In this document: in pieces, positions 27,946 to 40,602 of the stretch | How the letters are laid out: each line of letters opens with the position of its first letter | Position numbering within the stretch: the first letter of the stretch is position 1 | NCBI RefSeq assembly: GCF_006345805.1 | Contig: NC_043003.1 | Location: forward strand, 76,756,001-76,820,000 | Length of the DNA stretch: 64,000 nt | Direction: 5' to 3' | Source: Octopus sinensis | Lineage: Eukaryota | The notes under the pieces: model-generated | Told to the model about the DNA's origin: nothing | The model's database searches: none | The model's input: the letters and a program-made list of their open reading frames with translations, nothing else | Program-made: the position numbers and the translations under genes

Positions 27946-28297
27946 AAGAGAATGTGTGAATACAAATAACTGTCTATGCATGTGTATACACACACACACA
28001 CACCATATATATATATATTATATATATATATGTGTGTGTATATATATATATATACATATGTATATATATATATATGTATATGTATATAATATATATATAT
28101 ACATATATATACTTATTCATATATATACGTATATGTAAATGTATATATATATATATATGCATATATATATTTTTACATATAGATAGATAAATACATAGAT
28201 CTTAAGCTGTAGAATTACCTCTACTACTATGTATACATATGTATATGTTTTAGTTTACATATGTATGTGCAATGCCTGTGTATACATATATGTATAA

Positions 28298-28335
<38 letters not shown>

Positions 28336-28391
28336 AAGAGAATGTGTGAATACAAATAACTGTCTATGCATGTGTATACACACCACACACA

Positions 28392-28400
<9 letters not shown>
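27625..28400. repeat. ~390-bp tandem duplication in TA-rich DNA
   Basis: Unique anchors recur at +390: ACTTATTCAT 27721/28111, CTTAAGCTGT 27811/28201, TACAAATAAC 27961/28351. Confidence 0.9.
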
Positions 28401-28445
<45 letters not shown>

Positions 28446-30034
28446 GCACACACACATAGATGCGTACATACTTACAGGTAGACAAACACGCGCATACATA
28501 GATACATATACACGCACACACAGACATGAACGCATGCACGCATGCACACACTTTATACACGCTCCTCTCAACTATAATAAATTACTGAGAAATATCCTAC
28601 GCGGTTCTTCGTACTACTAAATGTCGCTACTGAAATCGCTCACTGCGTTCTGCTAATTTAAACAAACGAAGGGTACCAAGAATACTATGGAAACCCTAAA
28701 GATCGACAAATTTTGGAAAACTAGACAATGAAGACATAATTAGAAAATTTCAGAATATAAATTTATCAAACCGTGGTAGTTTACATCCTGCGAAATTACA
28801 ATATTCTCAAAAATAACAGTAACAACAAGTCCTCAAAACTAGTAGTAGCAACAAGTCAACAATAACAATACAAAGCAAGTCGACCTGCTGCTAATAGCAG
28901 CGAAATCGCTGTCAAATGTCTCCCTCCAATTTTACATATAGACGGGTAATGTAGTAGTAAATGATTGATATGCATGCAGAAGAAATGGCCACAGCTACAA
29001 AGTTTTGGCATTTAGAATAAGCGATTGTGAACGGTGCATGATGTACGACTCACCATATGCTGGAGTCAGAGTCTCATCAGACGTTGAAGTAGCTCTGTAG
29101 ATATGTCAGCCTTTCCACCGCAATACAAGAGCTGTCGGCACCACTCACAGATGCAAGCGACAGAACTCCGAACTACACGAGATGCGTTGTGTTAGATAAT
29201 ACGAATCAGGGCCAGAATTTTCTACTTCCTCAATGCTCATTCTTGATGTTCTACTCATCTTCTCTCTTGGGCCTGCTTTTTCTCTCATGTTCATGTTCAG
29301 TAATCTCACCTTCAGTCCTTGTTTTTGACTCAGATGTAATGGCTTACTTTCTCAGTAGCTTCCGAAAAATTTCTGGCAACGTATTTTGTTTTATTCGCCG
29401 TTAGTCAGAAACCCTCTAGCATCAAGCAAACCTTGGTTCCAACAAATCCTCTGAGAACTAGCTCTGTTGGAAGGCATATTGCCTCCCATCCGTTGTTTCC
29501 TCAGAGTTCAACCAGCTCGCCATATTTTCTGTCTTTGCTGAGAGAACCGCCTTCGGTGTTCGCGTCTCAGAAAACTAACTGTCCATCTTACCATTTTCAA
29601 CACATCTTTTTTCTGCACCTTGTACCCAATGACATGGTCGGGTCTTTTTGTCGCAAAAGTGGAGAGAGATATTTACCGTGAACGTCAAGTGAGAAATGCC
29701 GCGTCTATTCCCATTTTGGAGCATTCTACTCCCTTACAATGACTGCTTGCTGCGTTCATATTCCTTGCTAAACTGAATCTTCCCACGCTACACTACGTAT
29801 GGTCTTTCGCCATCGATGATTTTCACTTAGCTATGCCATCATGTATATCTGAGTTTCCGAATTAGTGAGCAGAGGGACAATATTTTCCATATCAAGCTAA
29901 TCGACATTAGCATATACCACTTGCTTCCATTTTCCACTGCTTTAATTTTGGAGGACTACTCAATGAGAGCTAACCCGAGGAAAAGCAACAGAGACAACGA
30001 TGGCAACAATATATAATATATATATATATATATA

Positions 30035-30285
30035 GCAATCGCAGCGTGGAAGGTGTTTATAAGCATCACAGAATGAGATGCAGCACGGGACTTTGTCAGT
30101 GAACAGGTCGCGGTCTCAAAGCGAAGAAAATATTTTGACAAATTAAATTTAAATGTTGAAGTGAATCTAACGGTTTTTGTGTGTTTCTTAAATGGCTTAT
30201 AAGCTACCTTCCACGCTGCAATTGTTTTCGTTCCAGCACACGATCTCAGATCAGGTCACATACTATGCAAGAACATCTCCGTAAT
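30035..30285 (+). mobile_element. Short Penelope-pLTR-like repeat (family H), copy 1, with inverted partial 5' duplicate
   Basis: 30075-30285 is homologous to 39654-39863 in reverse. 30035-30066 is an inverted copy of 30192-30224. Confidence 0.7.
30092..30142 (+). ncRNA. Hammerhead-like fold with G3-C8 core, copy 1
   Basis: UUUGUCA/UGACAAA stem I; GUGAACA core; extra G; GUCGC/GCGAA stem II (basal pair lost); GAAA; palindromic AAUAUU stem III; UUU triplet. Confidence 0.5.
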
Positions 30286-30499
30286 ATTTATAGATAGATA
30301 TATATAGATAAACAAAAATAACAATGACATCAACAACTTCGATAACAAACAAAATTATCGGCTGACAGTGATTCGCACTAGAGAAAAAGAACCAGTTCAA
30401 TTTTATTTTGATTTGGTCCCGTGCTACTTGAAGTAGCACGAAATCCAAATGAAACTATTTTAAATAATACATGTAACTATTAATAAATGTGTTGAGAGC

Positions 30500-30561
30500 T
30501 TTTTCTTTCGTGTGTCCATTCATGTATGTGTATATATAAACATCTATGTATGTATGTATGT

Positions 30562-30653
<92 letters not shown>

Positions 30654-30662
30654 CATACATAC

Positions 30663-30694
<32 letters not shown>

Positions 30695-30702
30695 TTATAT
30701 TT

Positions 30703-30737
<35 letters not shown>

Positions 30738-30738
30738 T

Positions 30739-30786
<48 letters not shown>

Positions 30787-31144
30787 GCTTAAAATGTATA
30801 TAGATAACTATATAGAGATATAAATACATAAGTTTAAATGCAATGTGTGTCCTCTTGAAGGACAATCAAATAATACTATAATATTTTTTGATAATATTAC
30901 TTAGATATTCCGTCTGCAGAATTTTTAATAGAAGATATATGATTTTTACTACATGTACAAATTTGGAACTCCTATCAGCAAATGAAACATGTGTAATGGA
31001 ATATAAATAATACCAATCCTCTATACTCATATACGTGTGTATGTATGTATACCTATACATATGTATATATATGTATACAGATATATAAGAATGCATATAT
31101 ATGTATACAGATATATAAGAATGCATATATAAAAACACAGATAC

Positions 31145-31185
<41 letters not shown>

Positions 31186-31483
31186 ATATAAGCATTCATA
31201 TAAATACATATATGTATTTATAATTATATATATATATATGTTAGCTTTGTTCATATATCTACTATATAGGTTATATATATATATATTTCTGTTTGTGTTT
31301 GGTGTGTGTGTGTGTGTGTGCGTGTGATTGTGTATTTATATATATGCCTGTGTGTGTATATACGTGTATGTACGTATATGTATGCATATATATGTGAAAG
31401 TATACATTATATTATACTGATATTTTGTTCATATATATATATATATGTATGTATATATATATATATGTATGTATATATATATG

Positions 31484-31547
<64 letters not shown>

Positions 31548-31716
31548 ATACATACATCTGTGTGTGTGAGTGTGTGTGTGTGCATGTGTATGGGGTAGTG
31601 TTTCTGTGTATGAATGTTTGTATATACACATCTACATAACATTGGCTTTCTGCCTAGACGCAGCTAGTACCAACCTTCACCACAACCACTATTAAAACTA
31701 CTACTACTACTACTAC

Positions 31717-31782
<66 letters not shown>

Positions 31783-31793
31783 TAATAATATTG

Positions 31794-31849
<56 letters not shown>

Positions 31850-32451
31850 GCCGCGGACAGTGCTACTGCTGCTGCGGCTGCTCCCATTACAAAGAATGCA
31901 GCATTTTAAATTGAAATTATATATACTTTATGGTCTATTGTTTCCTTGATATGAATGCTATCGCAGTTGTTGTTGCTCTTGTGTTTCCTAGTATTCTTAG
32001 TGGTTGTTATTAGCACTGAGTTGTTGCCGTTGTTGTTGTCGTTGCTGCAGCTGCTGAGGCCAACTTCAGATATTGAAAAATCACTGAAGCAAATTTTGAA
32101 ATGCTCTGTTACTTTTAGCATTAGTAGTTGATCTCTTCTTTCCCCCGATGTGTTTAGGAGAGTTCATATCTACATGTATGTGTATTGCCTCTGTTGTCTG
32201 TGCGTATGTGGGAATGTGTATATCTATGTGTGCATACATTTGATTATATATATGTACGTGTGTCCCTTTCAATTTGTTTGCGCACACGTTTATGTAGATT
32301 GTGTATGTGCAAAAACATAATACATATATGATATGCGTGATATATATATATATATGCATATATATTCTGTATAAAAGATGTTATATATCATTTTATGTGA
32401 ATATATGTATATATATGTCTATATATACATATATAAATGTGTGTGTATATA

Positions 32452-32500
<49 letters not shown>

Positions 32501-32515
32501 ATACATACATATATA

Positions 32516-32547
<32 letters not shown>

Positions 32548-33274
32548 CTTATATATATATGTATATATGTGTATATATAAATGTATGTATGTATAATATA
32601 TATATATATATATATATACAGACACATGTGAATATCCATATAAGTATATGTATATGCATATATGTGTATGTATATATAGATATGTATGTAAACAGAGATG
32701 GATATATATATATATATGTGTGTGTGTTGTGTGTGTGTGTGTGTTGATTGTTAGTTACATAGATATATTCATACACATATATTATACATATATGTACATA
32801 TATACTTACTTAAGTACACTTACATACATAAACTTACACACACATACACACATATACACACAGAGACCCATACATATATAATGGAAACCTCTGTTTATAT
32901 ATTTCGACATTCATATTCGTTTAGAAAGTGTGTTAGCTGTATGGCGTATGTGCCTATGTACATATGCCAACATAGTGTAAATACATAGACATATAGTCAC
33001 GTATATTTACACACACACACCTGTATATGTACGTAACACAATGTAAAGTTTTACGATGCTTTTGAAATGTTAAAATTTTACAATGCCATTAATCAGAGTT
33101 TCGCGCTGTGAATGATCACCAGATGACTTCACAGTATGAAGTAATGGCAACGCAAGTTTTTTTGTTTGTTTTTGTTCATGTTTTTCAATGAATTGTTAAA
33201 CATTTTAACTTTTGAATAGCATTGTAAAATTCAAAGTTTTGAAAGAAAAATAAATAAGTTCATTGATTACTTTA

Positions 33275-33324
<50 letters not shown>

Positions 33325-33369
33325 TGCACACATGCATTGACTTAGTATATATGTCTTTGTCTACTACAC

Positions 33370-33420
<51 letters not shown>
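30500..33420. repeat. Extended (TA)n/(TAGA)n/(TG)n low-complexity region including an uninterrupted (ACT)n(AAT)n(ACT)n array (~31700-31850)
   Basis: Read directly; all ORFs here are repeat translations. Confidence 0.9.
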
Positions 33421-34274
33421 GTGTGTGTGTATGTAAGTATGTATGTATATATACATGTGTGTGTGTGTTTATTTGGTTGTGCTTAGTGTTTTCCTCTATT
33501 CAGGTACATATTTGTTAACGGGTTTTCTTTAATGTATATAGAATTTAAAATAACAGCATATGTTTGGTTCCTGGTTTTACGTTTCAATTTAATATTTCCA
33601 ATTAGTCTAATACTTTTGTGTTATTTTGAATAGAAACTCGAAAAGTTATACCTACAAAGCCTTTGTGTACCTAATTTTTCGGCGAAGATATACTCATCAT
33701 CAAGCATGTATTTTTCAAAGTTACCTATTGTTACACTTTTTGAAAAGCCAAAATCTAGTAACTTCTTTGTGCTTGTACAAATATTGTTGCTTTCATTGTT
33801 TGATGTGACGACTGAGCCCCAGCGTGGCAAATAGTCCAATGACTGTGGTCATACTGGGGCACTAACGTCATAGTGTCTCAGTCAATTATATCGATTTGAA
33901 TAGTTATTTCAGGTTGCTAATTATTTTATTCTCATATTTCCACGAATGACTAAATTAAGTCTCTTGATACTATGCGGGTAATTTTCACGACTGTTAATGT
34001 AAATATAGCGATGGACATTGGCACGCATATACATCCGTTGGTGCGCTCCGCAACCACAGTCAAAAATTGTGAAGCATGACTGTCACCACTACTACATGAA
34101 CCCGAAGATTGCAGAATTCAATGCATGAAAGTACTAGTTCAATCAGAATGAACATTTAACATTCTACTATTTCATTTTATTTTATTCAATAATAATATAT
34201 TATCTTATAATATATCATTATAAGATTGTAAATAAAACGTGAAAATCAGACAAGGTTGGAATTCCTTTTATTAA

Positions 34275-34364
<90 letters not shown>

Positions 34365-34465
34365 GTATAAATACATGCATACGTACACTCACACACATAC
34401 GCACTCATAAATAGCTATACATAAATATGGATCCATGCGTGAAAATATATGTCTATACATATATA

Positions 34466-34664
34466 CGAGGGGGCGCTGAAAATTTCATGGCTTTGGGTCA
34501 AGCGAAAAACTGGAGGATCAATTAATTATAATTTTGTTGAACATAATCACTTCTCACATTCACACGCTTATCACAGTGGTCTTGTAAGAGAACTCAGGAG
34601 GTGGAGGCTCCAACCAGGCCTTTCGCGATACCCTTAAAAACAGGAACGTTTCAGTATTACCTCG
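34466..34664. mobile_element. ~200-bp mariner-type MITE with TA TSD
   Basis: TA-CGAGGGGGCGCTGAAAAT...CGTTTCAGTATTACCTCG-TA, imperfect TIRs, non-coding. Confidence 0.65.
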
Positions 34665-35065
34665 TACACATATTCATACATAGCAATTAATTTTAAGTGT
34701 GTGTATAGACCTTGTTTTTGTGCCGTTTAAAGTCTAATTATTGTATTAGGTTATCAGTTGTCATCAACAGCATGGATTTAAATGCATCTGGCTTTACTGC
34801 AGGAATTCCTTCGTGTTTGTAGAGTTTATAAAATATAAGAGAAATAGAAATAAAGTTGTATGCATCATTGACGCACCACAACAGCATCTTTCCTGCCAGG
34901 CACTGATATACGATGGGTCAAAACGATCGTAGTAAATAATATTTTCGGGAAGTCCGCCTTCTTTCTCCTTCTATAACATACATAGATATGTAAACATACA
35001 TATATACATAAGTATACGAGTGTGTGCGTGCGTGTGTGTGTGTGTGTGTCTGTGTATGCGTGTAA

Positions 35066-35104
<39 letters not shown>

Positions 35105-35106
<2 letters not shown>

Positions 35107-36332
35107 GGGGTTGGACAAAATAATGGAAATACCTTAAGATTTCAAACAAATTTATTTTAATATGGGTAGAACCGCCTTTGGCAGTAATTACAGCTTCAAA
35201 TCTACGAGGTATGGACTCGTACAAAATTTGAATTGTTTCCTAAGTAATTTTTGTTCATTGTTCAGCTAAAACATTCTACAGTTCTTGAAGTGATGATGCT
35301 GGAGGATATCGGCTCCTTACTTGTTTTACTAAAATGCACCATAAATGTTTACTAACATTGAGATCTGATGACTGTGGTGGCCAGATAAGATGTTCAACTT
35401 CACTAGAATGTTCTTCGTGCCATTCAGTAACAAATTAGCAGTGTTTATTGGTGCATTTTCATCTTGAAAGATTGCATTTCCCTCCGGAAACAGTTCCGCA
35501 ATCAAAGGATGAATTTGATCAGATAAATTGCTTAAATATTCTTCACTATTAATTCTGCTATGAAGGGATTTCCAAGATATATACCCACAGCTCATCAAAG
35601 ATCCTCCTCCATGTTGGAAGAAGGTAGTCTGTGTCAAATGCTTCTTTTGGCTGTCTCCATAAGTATACCCGGGCGTGGTCGGACATAAAGTAAAGGATGA
35701 CTCGTCTGAGAAAATAACATTCTTCCACTGCTCTAGGGACCAATTCTCTAAGTTTTTACTCAACTCTAAATGCTTTGCAACGTTTGTTTTTGAAAGTGTG
35801 GTTTTCGGATTGCAGCCCTCCCGTGAAATCGGGCTTTGTGCAGATCCCGGCGAACAGTTTTTGTGGAAACTGTTTTCTCGAGGTAGTCAATACGTTCTGC
35901 ACTAATTTTGGTTAGCTGTACTTTTTGTGATCCTTTCTAACAATTCGCGTAAGAGTCTGACGATCCTTATCTGAATGTTTTGGTCTTCTTCCGGAATTAT
36001 GTTTCGACGAGGAGGTTTTTCCCATTTTATCAAATGCTGTCATTACTTTCGAGACGGTTCTTCTTGATACATCAAACATTTCGAATGTTTTCGTTTCTCT
36101 AGCGCCTGACATACAAGCACCAACAATTTGACCTCTTTAAAAGGCCGATAAATCTGTCATTTTAATGAACTTTAACTACATTTTCTAATATCTGAAAAGA
36201 AAAAACAATTTTATCAAAACATGTTAAGCAACACTAATATTAAATCAAAAACGATAAAAAAAAGCTTTTATAGATATCTTAAAATGTTGATGCTATAATG
36301 CTAGGTGTTTCCATAATTTTTTCCAACCTCTG
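35105..36332 (-). mobile_element. Tc1-family DNA transposon, ~1.23 kb, inactive
   Basis: ~30-bp imperfect TIRs (CCGGGGTTGGACAAAATAATGGAAATACCT / CAGAGGTTGGAAAAAATTATGGAAACACCT). HTH (35912-36112), WKNVIFSDES, HGGGSLM, FQDENAP, WPPQSSDLNVSKHLW (catalytic E reads K), frameshifts. Left end sits in (TA)n. Confidence 0.9.
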
Positions 36333-37596
36333 AATATATCATATACATATATGTTTGTGCGCGTATGTGTGTATGAATGTGTGTGTATGCGTGCGTGTGT
36401 ACGGTAGTCTGTACAAGTCAACACAAGACTTTCGTAGAAGAACCACAATGGAATTGAATCTAGAACATTAACTACGTTGTTTAGTCGTTGTTTACAGAGA
36501 AGGATCGATTAACTCTTTGATTGTTTGATTAGCCTGTAACAGCCTTTAATATGAAAACTGTCTTTTCTGATCTTATGTTTAGTTTCATATCACTGGGTTT
36601 TTGAGAGATTTGTTTTTATTACATAACAGAATAATCTTTCTCATTAAGCATTATGCATTGTGTGTGAAGTACGGGTGGATGGAGGGTGTTTTACATTAAT
36701 TGACGCTAATTGAAACTCATGCAACGTCATCGAATTAATGTTTATATATTAAGCAGTTGAATTCAAATGCAAGCGATGTCAACTGTGGTTCCAATAAAAT
36801 AAAATATCAATAAATTACTAAAATCGATTTCTATCGTGATTTTTTGAGATAAAATATCGACTGAGAATCTTGAAAAAATTTTCTTAGTTCTGTTTGTGCT
36901 TTAAGGGTAATTGATGGTGGAACCCGCAACAGGCATATTATTCCAAGTGACTTTGAAAAACATATTAGCGGATCAATACACCTAACAGTAGTCGGATGTG
37001 TTACGTCTATTACAGCGTCGACAGAAATAAAGGAGGAGGGGGTGGAGGAGGAGGGGGTGGAGGAGGAGGAGGATTCTGTCGCATTATTGACGTAATAGAG
37101 GATAAATCCTCTTTGATAGTGGTCTTGCTATTTAATCTCCAGTTTGATCTGCATTAACAAAGGTAGGTTTGAATTTGTAGAAGTTGTAATCATACCGTTG
37201 TTATTCGGACATAATGTGACTAATACAACGTTATCTATTACGCACTTCCTTTATTATGATGGAAAGTTTGTAATATGAGAGAAACTTGATTGCTATTTCT
37301 AAGAAGGTCAATGACCAATGAGACATCCCACATTGTCGCTGATTTTTTCTATTTATTTATTTATTGTTCTCGTTGTTTAATCCTAGGTCCAACTCTACAG
37401 AGGGGACTTATTATCACTTATTATCTATTGTATTCAAGAATAGCCTGGTAGAGGACGCGTGTAATCTACACATTATATAATTTCAATTGCTTTTAAGATG
37501 GTAGGATCTGATTTGATTGTGACATTACTTTTAATTCTCACACGTTAAACGAGACATAAATGATCCCGCGTTTGAAAATAGTGCTAATATATTGTT

Positions 37597-37987
37597 AGGT
37601 GTGTTTGTGACAAGAGGCCTGCTTTCGAACCACATGGTTTAGAGTTCAATCCCACTGCGGGAATTTTTTAGCAAGTGCCTTCTATCATGGCCCAGGGTTG
37701 ACCAAGAACTTGTGAGTGAATTTGGTAGGCGGAAACTGAAAGAAGCACGTCGTTTATCTGTGTGCGTCTTTATTCTTGATAACCGTTGTTGGTTTGTTTA
37801 CGTAACTGTAACGTAGCAGTTCGGCAATGTAAGCTGATAGAATAAGTATCAGGCTTTAAAAAACAATAAGTAATGGGGTTGCTAGAAACAATAAGTAATA
37901 GGATTTCTCGAGTAAGACCTTCAAGACTGTTATCCAGCATGGTTGCATTAATTAACTCACACATGTAAAAGATAAAGCAAAATTTTT
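37597..37987 (+). mobile_element. Family B SINE, diverged
   Basis: AACCACATGG..GTTCAATCCCACTGC..GGCGGAAACTGAAAGAAGC..ATCCAGCATGG. Confidence 0.75.
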
Positions 37988-38153
37988 CTGTTATCGGTCT
38001 AATATATCTGCTTTCTGTAATGTATTTTGTGATGTTCTAATGATGCGTGACTCAAATCTTTTTCTGGTTTCCTGATATTGTTATTGTTTGCTTTCAAACT
38101 TTTGTATTTCTCAAAGGTAATCTTGCAGGATCCCAATTTCTTATACATACACT

Positions 38154-38298
38154 TTGAGTTTAAATTCCACCGAGGTCGACTTTGCCTGTCATCCTTTCGG
38201 GGTCGATAAATTAAGTACCAGTTGCGTACTGGGGTCGATCTAACTGACTGGTCCCCTCCCCAAAATTTTCGGGTCCTGTGCCTAGAGTAGAAAAGAAT
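38154..38298 (+). mobile_element. 5'-truncated family A SINE
   Basis: GAGGTCGACTTTGCCTGTCATCCTTTCGGGGTCGATAAATTAAGTACCAG..CCTAGAGTAGAAAAG. Confidence 0.85.
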
Positions 38299-38624
38299 AT
38301 GGTTGGGGCGAAGGTACAGACGATCGTTTCTAAATATTTCATATTGACCTTTGAAGAAGATTTTTTAGCCTCTAAGATTAGAATCGAAAGTTTAAAAGTG
38401 GAAACTGAATACCACTGAGATATGTTCACTAATGCTGTACTGTTTCAGCCAACTCCCTACCCCTGTAACTTGGTACAATAATTATTTTGCGGGATTTAGG
38501 CTCAAGGTGAAGAGTTCCGAGGGAAAAGGCTCATCATTACCATCGACCCCTATACATTCTATTGTGGGTTTAAATCCCGGCGATTTAAAAACACACAAGG
38601 CACACTAATAATAGTTTTAGATGT

Positions 38625-38818
38625 AGGCACAGGCCCTGGAATTTTTGAGGTGATGAAGCAGTTGATGCCAACGACCCCAATGCTGGTACTTCTTTTACCA
38701 ACCCCGAAAGAATGAAATGCAAAGTCTAACACGTCGGTATTGAAACTCAGAACGTAAAGAATCGGAAGACATTTCGCTAAACATCCAGTTTGCTAACGAT
38801 GCTGCAGGTTTTCCACCT
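38625..38818 (-). mobile_element. Diverged family A SINE
   Basis: CCCCGAAAGAATGAAATGCAAAGTC..AACTCAGAACGTAAAG..GCTAACGAT. Confidence 0.7.
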
Positions 38819-39236
38819 TAATGAACACTAATAATGAATATGAATTCATTCAATGTTCAATATCCAACCCTTAGTTTATAATGCCCTTCTCTACTTCTCT
38901 ACATATATAGCAATACCTCAAGTTATCTACACTATCTTAAACTCTAATACTTTTCTTTGAGCCGGCAAGGTAAACTAAGTCGTCACACAAACTGCAGGAA
39001 TTACCAGTAAACTTTCACTACAAGTTTTTCTAGGAATAAAGTATATTGATATAGGATGATCCAAAAAACATTACATTGAAAAAGATGTGTTGAAAACGGT
39101 TATAATGCCAATTGATCATGAAAACTGACCTTGGGGTAAACAACACCACCAACAACCTCACTAACTCATTAGTATATATTAAATATGTTTGGTTCTGCTG
39201 CTTCCCCATATTAAATATCATAGTTCAATGGCATAT

Positions 39237-39602
39237 CGTGGCACTCCGGTGGTTACGACGACGAAGGTTCCAGTTGATCGGATCAACTGGAACCCTCGTG
39301 AAATTAACGTGTAAGTGGTTAAGCACTCCACAGACACGTGTTCACGGGGAGTTTCAGCATGACATAGTGTGTGACAAGGCTGGCCCTTTCAAATACAGGT
39401 ACAACTGAAACAGAAAGAAAGGGTGAGAAAAAGTTGTGGCGAAAGAGTACAGCAGGGTTCGCTACCAACCTCTGCCGGAGCCTCGTGGAGCTTTTAGGTG
39501 TTTTCGCTCGATAAACACTCACAACACTCTGGTTGCGAATCAAAACCGCGATCCCACGACCGCGAGTCAGCTGTCCCAACCACTAGGCCATTGCGCCTCC
39601 AC
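39237..39602 (-). mobile_element. Family D SINE, copy 2, with 11-bp TSD
   Basis: CAATGGCATAT at 39226-39236 and 39603-39613; homologous to 2979-3363. Confidence 0.88.
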
Positions 39603-39653
39603 CAATGGCATATATGTATATGTATGTATATATGTGTATCTATCTATATATAT

Positions 39654-39881
39654 ATTACGGAGATGTACTTGCATAGCAAGTGATTTGATCTGAGATCGTG
39701 TGCTGAAACGAAAACAATTGCAGCGTGGAAGGTGTTTGTAAGCCATTTAAGAAACACACAAAAGCCGTTAGATTCACTTCAACATTTAAGTTTAATTTGT
39801 CAAAATATTTTCGTCGCTTTAAGACCGCGACCTGTTCACTGACAAAAATCCGTGCTGCATCTCAGAGATGCAGCACGGATT
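39654..39881 (-). mobile_element. Family H repeat, copy 2, ending in a perfect 17-bp hairpin
   Basis: Homologous to 30075-30285. AATCCGTGCTGCATCTC-A-GAGATGCAGCACGGATT at 39847-39881. Confidence 0.75.
39796..39846 (-). ncRNA. Hammerhead-like fold with G3-C8 core, copy 2 (all stems intact)
   Basis: Minus strand: UUUGUCA GUGAACA G GUCGC ggucuuaaa GCGAC GAAA AUAU U U UGACAAA. Confidence 0.6.
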
Positions 39882-39996
39882 GTGATATATATATATATAT
39901 ATATACATACTTGGAATTTACAAAAAAGCAGAAGACGAAGACAGGTGTGTATACAACAAACAGGTGTATAGATTTATCGCTCGGGAAAATAAGAAA

Positions 39997-40033
39997 AGCT
40001 TACGTTTCGAGCCTACGCTCATCAACAGAAAGG
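39997..40033 (-). ncRNA. Hammerhead-like fold with A6U core, weak stem I
   Basis: Minus strand: ccuuu CUGUUGA U GAGC guag GCUC GAAA CG UA agcu; stem III palindrome ACGU; GUA triplet. Confidence 0.4.
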
Positions 40034-40149
40034 AACACGAGAAAATAAACAGAGAAAGAATAAAAAAAAAAGCTTTAGTACCTAGCGGTCAATGATATTC
40101 GTATGTATATTTAAATGAAGATATTCATGTAATGATAATACTTAAGGAG

Positions 40150-40285
40150 GTTCTGCCGAGATCGACTTTACCATTCAATCTTTCAGGGTCAATAAAATAA
40201 GCACCATTTGAGCACTGAGGTCGATTTAATTGGCTTGGCCCCCTCCCTACAAAAACTGCTGGCTTTGTGCCAAAATTTGAAACCA
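40150..40285 (+). mobile_element. 5'-truncated family A SINE
   Basis: GCCGAGATCGACTTTACC..CTTTCAGGGTCAATAAAATAAG..GTGCCAAAATTTGAAACC. Confidence 0.75.
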
Positions 40286-40548
40286 GTGTATAAAGAGGTT
40301 AGTGTGTATAGTAATGATATATACGGTGTTCGTTTATTCTTTGATCCTCACTGTATACATGTACCATATGTGAATGGTATATCTAGTCTAATGGACGGGC
40401 TGGATATATTAACTGTCATTCGTTTGTGTGCGAGCGCGCGTGCGTAAATATAAAAGAAAAACTGTTACTCAATTTTATAAAACAAGCACAAAAACACTAC
40501 TCTAAATACGTGTAAGATATAACACGCATGTAAAGAGATGTGATGATA

Positions 40549-40602
<54 letters not shown>

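Noticed and set aside
33060-33245. Imperfect inverted repeat around AATTTTACAATGC/GCATTGTAAAATT
   Set aside because: Short, AT-rich core, no TSD and no second copy in the window; too weak to call a MITE.
35365-35371. CTGATGA
   Set aside because: Antisense of Tc1 coding sequence (SSDL); no stems or GAAA partner.
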